45,150 nt of DNA, taken from UHGV virus genome UHGV-0177523. One strand, given 5' to 3'. The stretch comes from a virus. Below are positions 1 through 8,345 of the stretch, in pieces (within the stretch, counting starts at the first letter, position 1; the number at the start of each line of letters is the position of its first letter). Under the pieces are notes generated by a model. The model saw only the letters and a program-made list of their open reading frames with translations. It ran no database searches and had not been told where the DNA came from. A program made the translations under genes and the position numbers.

Positions 1-2124
1 ACAGAGCGTAGTTTCTCTGATCTTCGTAAGTCTTCTCCACAGAAAGATGGGGATATTATCTTACTGCAAGCATACTATGATGGTGGTGCTGTTGGTGGCG
101 GAAGGTTTCGTTATGTTGCATCGGACCTAACCTCAGCTGACAACGGTGGTACTGTCTGTGTCACCGAAGATGGAAAGCGACTTCATCGCATCCTAAATGA
201 TGATGGTGAGGTTTGCGTAAACGACTTTGGTGCGGACCATACTGGTGCCACCAGCTCTAGCGATGCATTCCGAAGGGCATATGAGTTTGCCCGTAGCTTG
301 CCCAGCAAGCGGCATGTACGCATTAATGGCAAGTACCGACTCACTGACCCACAAACCATAGGTGATGCACTGGCAAATGGTGTTTTCCTTTTAGGTGGGC
401 TATATGGAAGGAGCCAAGGTATTCTTACGCTTGGTGGCTCCCTGCAAGATGCAGACAATGACACAATCATGGTTGATATCCCTACAGGCACATCCGTACC
501 ACTCTTCGAGTTTGGTCGGAATGCAGGTTGCCAGGGTGTGACGTTCACATACATCAACCAAGACCGTGCAGCTACAGGGTCTACCTTCATACAGTACGGC
601 GCAACACTTAAGGCTTCTCATTCCTTCTCTTGTTGCAATAACCGATACTCAGGTGCATGGGACTTCTTGAATATTCGAGGTGAGTCCAGCATGGTGTTTC
701 AGAACTATGGTTATGCCATAAATATTGATTACCACCTAGACACCAGTGGTGATGTGTGCAACTTTGAAGACTTGCATATTAACCCTAACGTGACAAGACC
801 AGCCTGGTCTTACATTGTTGGTGCTGCAAAGTTACCTAACAGTCGTGCGTTTGAGTTCATCCAGCATGATGGTGTGTTGTGTAATAACATCCACGTGTTT
901 GGTAAAGGCACTGTTTGGTATAACCGACAGAATGGCACAAGTCGCTTCTGCTCTATTAACGGTAGCAACTTCTTCCTTGATAAGTGCGGTTGCGTCATGG
1001 ACTCCGACATCAACACGTCGGTAGCTTGTGTGCTTAACAATGGTGTATTCATCCATGACTTTAAGTCACGCGATGGGGCCTTTGCATACCTATCCAACCC
1101 AATCAAGTCCCAGATAACTGTGTATAACTTCACAGACTGGAAGCTTCAATTAGGTGCTGCGGATGCAGGTATACCAGGTACAGGTGATTGGGCACCTTAT
1201 ATGATTTACTTCGCAGATACCTCAAGTATCTCCGTTAACGTAAACAACATCCAAGTGCCAGGTCTTGGTACGATGCAGTTCAACAACCCTATTGGTAGTA
1301 ACCAACTTCGTGGGGATGTACTGCTCGGATCGCGCCATATTGACCTAAGTGCCAAGCCAACAAACCTGCTTCGTAACAATAAGCTCCTCAGTGAGGACCC
1401 TGTTACCCGTATACCTTCTGGTTTCTTTGTATCCAGCAATGTAACTGCGGTAAGGAACAGAATCACAAGTACACTGGCCGCCTCATCTAATGGGATAGGT
1501 ATCACCCAGCGATATGATGGTACTTTGCAGGACAACTCATCTGTGTGGGTGTATGCAACATCAAAGGGTGATAGTAATGGCGTTACTGTGATTTGCCATA
1601 ACAGCGACTTCTCTAATGCCATAGAGTATCAAGGTGAGTGGCAGCAATGGGGTAGCATGTGGCTATGCCGAGTGACCCTCACAGCCGTGACAAACCGTAC
1701 TCACTTCGATGTGTGCTGTAATGCACCTTCGGCAACAGGTGGTGCTCTGGTTATATCTAGCGTCAACTTGTCAAATGGCCCTGTGTTCAACTATGTGCCA
1801 GATGCAGCTGAGGTTGGTTTCCAGAGGGAACAGTCAGGCGCATTACGTGGCACTGTTGAGCTTGTTGCAGGTGTACCTAAGTCACTTCCAGGGTACCTGG
1901 TGTCTGCGCGAGGTGTGTACCACATCTACGTCAACACACCTACCTCTGTTGGTGTCTGGGTTGTTGCCAAACGTCTGGATGGTGATGCAAGCACTGTGAC
2001 TGAGGTACTTAAGTTACAAGGTGCAGCCACCCTTACACTGGACTGGCCCAGCACTGTAGGTGCAGCACCAAGGGTTACCTGTAGTTCGACTGTCACCGCA
2101 GTTATCTCTGTGGTAGGCGCTTAA
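1..2124 (+). CDS. Tailspike / capsule depolymerase (beta-helix), 3' part; the N-terminus is at 45100-45150 if the window is circular
   Basis: Frame 1 is open from base 1 (TERSFSDLRKSSP...GGGRFRY...DNGGTV), a tailspike N-terminal domain, followed by the pectate-lyase-3-like motif VNDFGADHTG...DAF and an Asn/Gly-rich beta-helix. It is the last gene of an SP6-like genome. Confidence 0.88.
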   Translation, partial: TERSFSDLRKSSPQKDGDIILLQAYYDGGAVGGGRFRYVASDLTSADNGGTVCVTEDGKRLHRILNDDGEVCVNDFGADHTGATSSSDAFRRAYEFARSLPSKRHVRINGKYRLTDPQTIGDALANGVFLLGGLYGRSQGILTLGGSLQDADNDTIMVDIPTGTSVPLFEFGRNAGCQGVTFTYINQDRAATGSTFIQYGATLKASHSFSCCNNRYSGAWDFLNIRGESSMVFQNYGYAINIDYHLDTSGDVCNFEDLHINPNVTRPAWSYIVGAAKLPNSRAFEFIQHDGVLCNNIHVFGKGTVWYNRQNGTSRFCSINGSNFFLDKCGCVMDSDINTSVACVLNNGVFIHDFKSRDGAFAYLSNPIKSQITVYNFTDWKLQLGAADAGIPGTGDWAPYMIYFADTSSISVNVNNIQVPGLGTMQFNNPIGSNQLRGDVLLGSRHIDLSAKPTNLLRNNKLLSEDPVTRIPSGFFVSSNVTAVRNRITSTLAASSNGIGITQRYDGTLQDNSSVWVYATSKGDSNGVTVICHNSDFSNAIEYQGEWQQWGSMWLCRVTLTAVTNRTHFDVCCNAPSATGGALVISSVNLSNGPVFNYVPDAAEVGFQREQSGALRGTVELVAGVPKSLPGYLVSARGVYHIYVNTPTSVGVWVVAKRLDGDASTVTEVLKLQGAATLTLDWPSTVGAAPRVTCSSTVTAVISVVGA

Positions 2125-2208
2125 TACAACTATGCCACTCACAGCACACCTATGAGTGCCGCTCTGGAGGCCCCGGTATTCCTGGGCTTTGCTCCCTGTG
2201 TGGCTGGT

Positions 2209-2226
2209 TGTCCAACGTGTTAGACA
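2209..2226. repeat. 18-bp palindrome copy (1 mismatch) TGTCCAACGTGTTAGACA
   Basis: Matches the six other copies of TGTCCAAC-NN-GTTGGACA. Confidence 0.85.
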
Positions 2227-2236
2227 AGAGGTGATT

Positions 2237-2323
2237 ATGAAAGACTTAATGCTTTCTATATTCTGTACAGCATGTATCTATGGTCCAGTCTTGGTGATAC
2301 TGCATCTTGATGGTCGTTTGTAG
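2237..2323 (+). CDS. 28-aa hydrophobic microprotein MKDLMLSIFCTACIYGPVLVILHLDGRL
   Basis: RBS GAGGTG precedes the ATG; translated by hand. Confidence 0.45.
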   Translation: MKDLMLSIFCTACIYGPVLVILHLDGRL

Positions 2324-2411
2324 ATATCAAGAAGGGCAGACCTAGGTATCCCATAGTGCATGCCATAAGGTATACATCAAGTTTCAAAATTTGATATAGG
2401 CGTGTGTCAGG

Positions 2412-2660
2412 TCTCTCGGCCTCGGCCTCGCCTGGTTGCCCCCATAGGGGTGGCCTCGGGAGGGCCGGGGTGTGCCTGTGGTCAGCTCAACCAAGTTTCG
2501 CTGAGGTTGTGGATAACTCGATCGATTTCTGTGGGCCAGCCTGGGGATATCTGGGCCTGGCCTGTGGATAACTGAGGGATACCTGTGGATAACTCGGGTG
2601 ACCTGTGGGTAAATCGAGGGCGGGCTGTGGATAGCCTGTGGATAAGATGGGCGTGCGGGG
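2412..2660. repeat. Probable direct terminal repeat (collapsed single copy); true genome left end about 2412, right boundary approximate
   Basis: TCTCTCGGCCTCGGCCTCGCC...CCCCATAGGG resembles the SP6/K1-5 left-end sequence as I recall it. It lies between the last late gene and the early promoters and is followed by TATCTGT (2661-2667), which resembles the T7 concatemer-junction pause ATCTGTT. Confidence 0.65.
2508..2645 (-). promoter_or_regulatory. Cluster of DnaA-box matches (TTATCCACA on the - strand)
   Basis: Perfect TGTGGATAA at 2508, 2563, 2584 and 2637; one-mismatch copies at 2604 (TGTGGGTAA) and 2626 (TGTGGATAG). Confidence 0.7.
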
Positions 2661-2690
2661 TATCTGTCCTTGCGATTACCTGAGAGGATA

Positions 2691-3063
2691 CATAGTGGAA
2701 TACCTAGTTACTGTCCTTACCTTCCTAGTGGCTACCTTGTGGCATACCATAGGCATACCTAGGGATGGCCATAGTGCAATACCTTATGCATCACTCGCAT
2801 GTTGTGTATACCTAGGCAAACCATAGTGGCTACCATAGTGCAATCTCTTGCCCTATATAGTGCAGTAATAGTGCATGCCTAGTATTGTAGTCTCACCAGT
2901 AGGTGAGGAAGATGAGAGGGACACCACAACTCAGCCTACCTACGACTACCTTGGTGGATTGCATAGTGCATACCATAGTGTAATTGATAGGTATACCTGG
3001 GCTTGTCCAACACGTTGGACATACCTGGATAGTGACAGATATCACATAGTGCATTAAATAGTG
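2691..3063 (+). repeat. Short-repeat region flanking the terminal repeat (CATAGTG / TACCT / CCTAG units), analogous to T7 SRL
   Basis: CATAGTG at 2691, 2770, 2822, 2834, 2962, 2974 and 3045, plus variants; also at 2352 on the other side of the repeat. Confidence 0.7.
3004..3021. repeat. 18-bp palindrome TGTCCAACACGTTGGACA
   Basis: Exact copy, just upstream of the first host promoter. Confidence 0.9.
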
Positions 3064-3064
3064 C

Positions 3065-3093
3065 TTGACAGGGTATTCCTGTTAATACATACT
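3065..3093 (+). promoter_or_regulatory. Host sigma70 early promoter (A1-like)
   Basis: TTGACA-17 bp-CATACT, with AT-rich GCATTAAATA upstream. Confidence 0.75.
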
Positions 3094-3099
3094 GCAATC

Positions 3100-3413
3100 A
3101 CCGGGAAGCAAGTAGCAAGGCCAACCGGGTTACAAGGTGGAGAATTAGCGGTATGCCTAGCTAGGGCTATAGTCCGTCAAGGCTTGAGTAAGGGGCCAGT
3201 TAATACCTTCTTCCACTGGAGACGAACCTTGTAACATGCAGTACGTACTAGCTAGGACGATAATCTAGTGAGTGTGGCGCAGCACTATAAAGTGAGAGAT
3301 GCGTAAAAGGTTGACCACCTGGGACAGAGCGGGAGAAGTGAACGGCCCGGCTGCGAAAGCTAAATAAGGTTAGGCACAGCGCCGTAATGCTGGGCAGTGT
3401 GGGATTCACTGCA
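3100..3413 (+). ncRNA. Putative structured non-coding early leader RNA
   Basis: No credible ORF. Contains a perfect 10-bp long-range stem (3129-3138/3226-3235) and many hairpins, and ends at boxA. Confidence 0.4.
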
Positions 3414-3426
3414 TGCTCTTTAACAA
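3414..3426 (+). promoter_or_regulatory. boxA antitermination element
   Basis: TGCTCTTTAACAA, identical to the rrn boxA consensus TGCTCTTTAACA. Confidence 0.8.
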
Positions 3427-3473
3427 CATGTAATGTACCTAGTGTATGCCGCTCATAACATGAGGGTTACACA

Positions 3474-3629
3474 ATGAAAGAAGGTGATAAGGTCCACTAT
3501 GTAGATAGCTGGGGCGACATCCATACAGTACGCATAAGCTACCTGTTCAAGTCAGTGATGGGTAATGAGTGCGCTGCACTGAGTGATGGGGCTACCAAGC
3601 TGGTTACTGAATTGGTGGAGGTAGCATGA
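3474..3629 (+). CDS. Early hypothetical protein, 51 aa (MKEGDKVHYVDSWG...)
   Basis: RBS GAGGG; ATGA overlap with the next gene. Confidence 0.7.
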   Translation: MKEGDKVHYVDSWGDIHTVRISYLFKSVMGNECAALSDGATKLVTELVEVA

Positions 3630-3826
3630 TTGGAAACCTGGCTAACTTATTGATGATAGACTTTGCAGACCTTGAACTCCGGGTGTACGCAAACTGTATC
3701 AAAGAGAACAAGCGGGCAGCACGTATGCCAGCACGCAAGCGTAAGGTTCTGTATGGTAAGCATAAGCTACCTTGGTCATTCATACATGATTGCCATGTTT
3801 GCCATAAGCAGGGAGGTTTCCTGTGA
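3626..3826 (+). CDS. Early hypothetical protein, 66 aa
   Basis: RBS GGAGG; coupled overlaps on both sides. Confidence 0.7.
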   Translation: MIGNLANLLMIDFADLELRVYANCIKENKRAARMPARKRKVLYGKHKLPWSFIHDCHVCHKQGGFL

Positions 3827-3978
3827 AGATTAAACGTGTAGTTAAGAATGCCATGTATGCTAAGTGCTACGGGTGTAGCTGGCGTAAGTTTAAGAAGCTG
3901 GTAAGGTCTTCACCAGATGAGAACATAAGCCGCATACCAGCGCGCAAGCTTAAAGATTTATGGAATAGCATTAAATAA
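3823..3978 (+). CDS. Early basic hypothetical protein, 51 aa (MKIKRVVKNAMYAKCYGC...)
   Basis: RBS GGAGG; GTGA overlap with the upstream stop. Confidence 0.65.
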   Translation: MKIKRVVKNAMYAKCYGCSWRKFKKLVRSSPDENISRIPARKLKDLWNSIK

Positions 3979-3981
3979 CTG

Positions 3982-4011
3982 TTGACAACAAGCGGCATAC
4001 ATAGGTACATT
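3982..4011 (+). promoter_or_regulatory. Second host sigma70 early promoter
   Basis: TTGACA-18 bp-TACATT, with the same upstream GCATTAAATA as the first promoter. Confidence 0.65.
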
Positions 4012-4031
4012 ACATACGCAGTAAGAAGTAA

Positions 4032-4044
4032 CGCTCTTTAACAA
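4032..4044 (+). promoter_or_regulatory. boxA element upstream of ocr
   Basis: CGCTCTTTAACAA. Confidence 0.8.
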
Positions 4045-4064
4045 TCTGGAATGCACGTATAGGA

Positions 4065-4118
4065 TAGGTTAGATAAGCTGTCTTGGCACTCGCCAGGGTA
4101 GCTTAGTGTAACCTAACT
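4065..4118 (+). other. Hairpin before ocr, putative RNase III processing site
   Basis: TAGGTTA-GATAAGCTGTCTTGGC...GCCAGGGTAGCTTAGTG-TAACCTA forms a long stem with an internal loop, at a position equivalent to T7 R0.3. Confidence 0.55.
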
Positions 4119-4137
4119 AACTAACGAGGAGTAAATT

Positions 4138-4473
4138 ATGGAACGTAACGCTAATGCATACTATGACCTTGTAGCGGCAACAGTTAAGCTGTTCAACGAA
4201 CGCATCCAAGCGGATGAACTCTCAATGTTTTCTGATTGGTCTGATGCATTGCACGAGGTGGTAGACGGGCAGGTTCCGCACTATTACCATGAGATTTTCA
4301 CGGTGATGGCGGCGGATGGCATTGATCATGAGTTCTGTGATTCGGGTCTCATCCCTGACACTAAGGATGTAAGCAGAATATGTCAGGCGCGCATCTATGA
4401 GGCGCTGTACAATGATGTCTCAGATGACTCTGGGGTTATCTGGTGGGAAGATTCAGAAGAGGAGGGGGAATAA
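4138..4473 (+). CDS. ocr: Ocr (gp0.3) DNA-mimic anti-restriction protein
   Basis: Acidic 111 aa with VPHYY.EIFTVMA.DGID.EF.DSGL.PDTKDV.RI.QARIYE, characteristic of T7 Ocr. Confidence 0.95.
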   Translation: MERNANAYYDLVAATVKLFNERIQADELSMFSDWSDALHEVVDGQVPHYYHEIFTVMAADGIDHEFCDSGLIPDTKDVSRICQARIYEALYNDVSDDSGVIWWEDSEEEGE

Positions 4474-4583
4474 TGAAGCTTTATAACTTCTTATTCTCTG
4501 ATGGCATATGCCTTAAATGTTCCCTTGCTTTCGCTAACATGCGAGAGGAGGTACTTGGAACCTCATACCGCCTAATTATGTAA
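4473..4583 (+). CDS. Small hypothetical protein, 36 aa (MKLYNFLFSDGICLKC...)
   Basis: TAATG coupling to ocr; the stop codon is the TAA of the next promoter. Confidence 0.55.
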   Translation: MKLYNFLFSDGICLKCSLAFANMREEVLGTSYRLIM

Positions 4584-4600
4584 TAGCGGCGAGTATAAGA
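4581..4600 (+). promoter_or_regulatory. Phage RNAP promoter (variant)
   Basis: TAATAGCGGCGAGTATAAGA. Confidence 0.75.
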
Positions 4601-4671
4601 CAGAGGACAGCCTTATGCATCTCTCGGGGTGCATAGTGAAGTTCCCTAACATAACTTAATGAGGCTATATC

Positions 4672-5574
4672 ATGACTACTGCAACTGTTGAAAACGTTGA
4701 AATCCTGGATACTACCCCTGTTCGTGACCAGGTGGCCGCTGAAATCATAACCCTGCTGAATGACATCGGCAGCAACTACCTCAAAATTGGTGCGCTGCTG
4801 GCTGAGGGTAAGGAAGATTTTGATAATCAGCGTGACTTCCTGGAGTGGGCTGATGATACCTTTGGCATTAAGAAGGCTCAGTGTTACAACCTGATGAACA
4901 TCTCCCGTGTATTCGCCACCCGTAAGGAGTTCTCCGGTGTCGCTATGCGCGTCCTGTTGATGCTAGTGCCGTTTGCAGATGATGGCGAGTTGATGGATAA
5001 AGCGGCTGATATGGCTGCTGTGGGCGAGCTGGACACGGCAGCGGCGAACCAGTTGCTGGGCAAGCCCGCCAAAGGCGCGGTATCTCCTGCCCTGGCCGCT
5101 GTCAAGCAAGCGCTGGCCGCACAGCAGGCAACCCAGGAAGCTGATAGCCAGGCCCGCGAAATAACGCAGCCTGCGCCACCCTCAGCGCCTCAGGAGGAAA
5201 GCGCTAGTGATGCCCCGTTTGACACGGGAGAAGCCGCAGCGCCAGCCCCAGCGCCCACAGTAGCGCCAGTTGTGCCTGATGCCATCCAAGAGGGCTTACT
5301 CTCAGAGTTGAAGAAGTTAAGAGAAGACAACGCAGCCCTGCATGCCCGCATTATGGAGTTGACAGCGACTCGCGAGACCAAGAAAGCAAGCGCCCCTATG
5401 CTCCCACAGTTCAAATCTAAGTGTATGTATGCCCGCTTAGGTCTGAGTGTTGAGCAGTCTATGAGCCTTGCAGCAGTGAACAAGGCCAAGCGTGAGCTGG
5501 TCAAGCTGGGTTATGGTGAAGGTCACGACGCCTGGCCCCTGATTCAGGAAGCAGTAGAAGCACTTGGCAAATAG
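4672..5574 (+). CDS. DUF3102-like helical N-domain protein with Ala/Pro linker, coiled coil and C-terminal J-domain-like fold
   Basis: N-terminal KIGALLAEGKEDF..QRDFLEWADDTFGIKKAQCYNLM; C-terminal YARLGLS...VNKAKRELVK...LIQEAVEAL. Confidence 0.6.
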   Translation: MTTATVENVEILDTTPVRDQVAAEIITLLNDIGSNYLKIGALLAEGKEDFDNQRDFLEWADDTFGIKKAQCYNLMNISRVFATRKEFSGVAMRVLLMLVPFADDGELMDKAADMAAVGELDTAAANQLLGKPAKGAVSPALAAVKQALAAQQATQEADSQAREITQPAPPSAPQEESASDAPFDTGEAAAPAPAPTVAPVVPDAIQEGLLSELKKLREDNAALHARIMELTATRETKKASAPMLPQFKSKCMYARLGLSVEQSMSLAAVNKAKRELVKLGYGEGHDAWPLIQEAVEALGK

Positions 5575-5584
5575 TTGACATATC

Positions 5585-5613
5585 GGAGCCATAGGGATTA
5601 ACCTTGTGGCTCC
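5585..5613 (+). other. Hairpin upstream of the RNAP gene (processing site or attenuator), preceded by TTGACA at 5575
   Basis: GGAGCCATAGG...CCTTGTGGCTCC. Confidence 0.5.
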
Positions 5614-5648
5614 TATTATGTTTTCTGTAACACACAATGAGGTGTAAG

Positions 5649-8282
5649 ATGGACTTACAGGCAATTCAGGTTGAGTTAGAAGAAGAGATGTTTAACGGTG
5701 GTATTACTCGCTTTGAGTCGGCGCAGCAGCGCCACCTTGACGCAGGTAATGCCAGCGATGCCGCATGGAATCGCCGTCTTATCTCTCAATTCATCGAACC
5801 TCTGGCTGCTGGTATTCAGGCATTCAAAGAGGAGTCAGAGAGTAAGCCAGGTGTCCGTGCCGTATCCCTTCCTTTCCTCCAGTGCTGTGAGAATGAAGTA
5901 GCCGCCTACATCACTATGAAGGTGGTCATGGATATGCTCCACAGCGATTCATCATATCAGCACATTGCCATAACCATTGGTGAGCGCATAGAAGACCAGG
6001 TGCGCTTTACCAAATTAGACGCCCAGGCTGAAAAGTATATGGAGAAAGTCAAAAAGAACCTGGAGCGCTCCCGTTCTAAGCTGTATAAGCATAAGCATCG
6101 CGTAATGGTAGCTGCTGAAAAGTCACTGGCTGACAAGGCAGCGCCGCAAGATGAAGACAAGGTAACCCGCTGGGAGTCCTGGACTAAAGAAATCCATCTC
6201 CAGGTGGGCCAAACTTTGATGGCTGCTATGGAAGGTTCGGTGTTTTACAATGGTGAGCCTGTTTTCTTTCGTTATGTTGCCAGCGCTGGCGGCAAGAAAC
6301 AGATAACCAAGCTGCAAACATCTGAATCTATCGGGGCATGGGTGCATGAATTCCGTGAACATGTAGCCCAGCTGGCCCCAGCTTATGGCCCTTGCGTAAT
6401 CCCTCCGCGTGACTGGAAAACCCCGTTTAATGGCGGATTCCACACTGAGAAAGTGGCTAGTCGTATTCGTATGGTTAAAGGACCACGTGAGCATGTTCGC
6501 AAACTCACTATCAAGCAAATGCCTATGGTCTACAAGGCTGTTAACGCATTGCAGCGCGTTGAGTGGGTTATCAATACAAAGGTACTTGACGTCGCCCAAG
6601 AGGTTGTACGGCTCAATCTGGGCTATGGTGTACCTTCTTTTCAGCCAATCATTGACCGGGATAATAAGCCGGGTAACCCTGTACCTGTTGAATTCCAGGA
6701 CCTTCGCGGGGCGGAACTCAAGGCTGCATTGACCCCGGAGCAGTGGGAGTCCTTCCTGTCCTGGAAATCAGAATGTGCACGACTATATACCGCTGAGACC
6801 AAGCGCGGATCTAAGTCTGCTGCCGTGGCTCGCATGCTGGGCCAGGCCCGTAAATATGCACAATTCCCGCATATTTATTTTGTCTACACACTGGACAGCC
6901 GCTCGCGCGTATACGCCCAGAGCAGCACGCTAAGCCCGCAAAGCAATGACCTGGGCAAATCCCTGCTTAAGTTCAAAGAAGGCCGCCAGCTGCTCACGGT
7001 TGAGGATTTGCGCTGGTTTCTGGTGTGTGGTGCCAACCTTTGGGGCTGGGATAAGAAAACATTCGATGTCCGGGTATCAAATGCAATGACCGAAGAGTTT
7101 CAGGAGATGTGCCGGGATATTGCCAGCGACCCGCTGACCTTTACGCAGTGGGTCAAGGCAGATGAGCCATATGAATTCCTGGCGTGGGCCTTTGAGTACG
7201 CGGAGTACCTGGACAAGGTGGAAGAAGGCCGCAGCGATGAGTTCTATACCCACCTCCCTGTGCACCAGGATGGCTCTTGCTCCGGTATCCAGCATTACTC
7301 TGCAATGCTTCGGGACTCCGTTGGGGCTGCTGCTGTAAACCTTAAGCCGTCAGACTCACCGCAAGATATCTATGGCCGTGTGGCTGAGGTTGTCATTGAA
7401 AAGAACAATGCAGCCATATCTGCACCGGATGGAACCATCTTCAAATCTGGCAGTGTTGAGCTGGACGCAGAGCAGTTGCGGGAGATGGGGCGCTCTTGGG
7501 TGAGTATCGGTATCACCAGGTCGCTGACTAAGAAGCCTGTTATGACCCTGCCGTATGGGTCCACCCGAATCACCTGCCGCGAAGCCGTAGCTGACTACCT
7601 GGCCGACCTGGAGGAGAAGGAGGCAAAAGCGGCAGCGCAAGAGCAGCGCGGTATTAACCCGGTGCACCCTTTCGGTGGTGATTCCTATATCACAGAAGGG
7701 CAAGCCCTTAACTACATGACCGCCCTGATTTGGCCCTCAATCTCTGAGGTCGTGAAGGCCCCAGTGGTGGCTATGAAGATGATACGTAGCCTTGCAAGGG
7801 CAGCAGCACGCCGGAATGAGGCCCTGGAATACCCGTTACCGACTGGCTTTATCTTGTATCAGAAAATTATGTCTACTGACTTGTTGCGGGTGCGCACTCA
7901 GCTGCTGGGCATGATTAACATGTACCTGTCAGTCGAGACTGACATAGTGGATGAGGCTGCAATGATGGGGGCGGCGGCTCCGAACTTCGTTCACGGGCAT
8001 GATGCATCGCACCTTATCATGACAGTGTGCGACCTTGTGGATAAAGGGGTAACCTCAATCGCGGTTATTCACGACTCCTTCGGGACCCATGCACCCCGCA
8101 CGGCGGACCTCCGGGACTCCCTGAAAGGGCAGATGATTGCGCTGTATCAGGACCGTCACGCCCTGGCCGACCTGGTGGCGGTGCACGAGGAGCGCTGGCT
8201 GTGTGACCTGGGAATTGCGGTGCCAGAACTCGGAGACTTTGACCTCAACGAAATCATGGATTCAGAATACGTGTTCGCGTAA
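5649..8282 (+). CDS. Single-subunit phage RNA polymerase (SP6-like)
   Basis: Motifs [28 protein letters not shown] and [10 protein letters not shown]6-like N-terminus [18 protein letters not shown]; start placed after RBS GAGGTG. Confidence 0.98.
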   Translation: MDLQAIQVELEEEMFNGGITRFESAQQRHLDAGNASDAAWNRRLISQFIEPLAAGIQAFKEESESKPGVRAVSLPFLQCCENEVAAYITMKVVMDMLHSDSSYQHIAITIGERIEDQVRFTKLDAQAEKYMEKVKKNLERSRSKLYKHKHRVMVAAEKSLADKAAPQDEDKVTRWESWTKEIHLQVGQTLMAAMEGSVFYNGEPVFFRYVASAGGKKQITKLQTSESIGAWVHEFREHVAQLAPAYGPCVIPPRDWKTPFNGGFHTEKVASRIRMVKGPREHVRKLTIKQMPMVYKAVNALQRVEWVINTKVLDVAQEVVRLNLGYGVPSFQPIIDRDNKPGNPVPVEFQDLRGAELKAALTPEQWESFLSWKSECARLYTAETKRGSKSAAVARMLGQARKYAQFPHIYFVYTLDSRSRVYAQSSTLSPQSNDLGKSLLKFKEGRQLLTVEDLRWFLVCGANLWGWDKKTFDVRVSNAMTEEFQEMCRDIASDPLTFTQWVKADEPYEFLAWAFEYAEYLDKVEEGRSDEFYTHLPVHQDGSCSGIQHYSAMLRDSVGAAAVNLKPSDSPQDIYGRVAEVVIEKNNAAISAPDGTIFKSGSVELDAEQLREMGRSWVSIGITRSLTKKPVMTLPYGSTRITCREAVADYLADLEEKEAKAAAQEQRGINPVHPFGGDSYITEGQALNYMTALIWPSISEVVKAPVVAMKMIRSLARAAARRNEALEYPLPTGFILYQKIMSTDLLRVRTQLLGMINMYLSVETDIVDEAAMMGAAAPNFVHGHDASHLIMTVCDLVDKGVTSIAVIHDSFGTHAPRTADLRDSLKGQMIALYQDRHALADLVAVHEERWLCDLGIAVPELGDFDLNEIMDSEYVFA

Positions 8283-8287
8283 ACCAC

Positions 8288-8312
8288 GGGCGGCCTTCGG
8301 GTCGCCTTTTCT
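8288..8312 (+). terminator. Rho-independent early terminator (TE-like)
   Basis: GGGCGGCC-TTCG-GGTCGCC followed by a T tract, immediately after the RNAP stop. Confidence 0.85.
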
Positions 8313-8323
8313 CGTTCTGGGCC

Positions 8324-8341
8324 TGTCCAACACGTTGGACA
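8324..8341. repeat. 18-bp palindrome TGTCCAACACGTTGGACA
   Basis: Exact copy, 4 bp upstream of a phage promoter. Confidence 0.9.
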
Positions 8342-8345
8342 AAAT

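Noticed and set aside
2384..2396. IHF site next to the DnaA-box array, which would make it datA-like
   Set aside because: The minus-strand TATCAAATTTTGA misses the TTR part of WATCAANNNNTTR; too weak to call.
2638..3057. ORFs 2638-2826 and 2875-3057
   Set aside because: They lie upstream of the first promoter in short-repeat DNA and lack good RBSs; probably non-coding.
5575..5619. Third sigma70 promoter before the RNAP gene
   Set aside because: TTGACA is perfect, but the correctly spaced -10 (TTAACC/TAACCT) is poor and TATTAT is 33 bp away; only the hairpin is reported.
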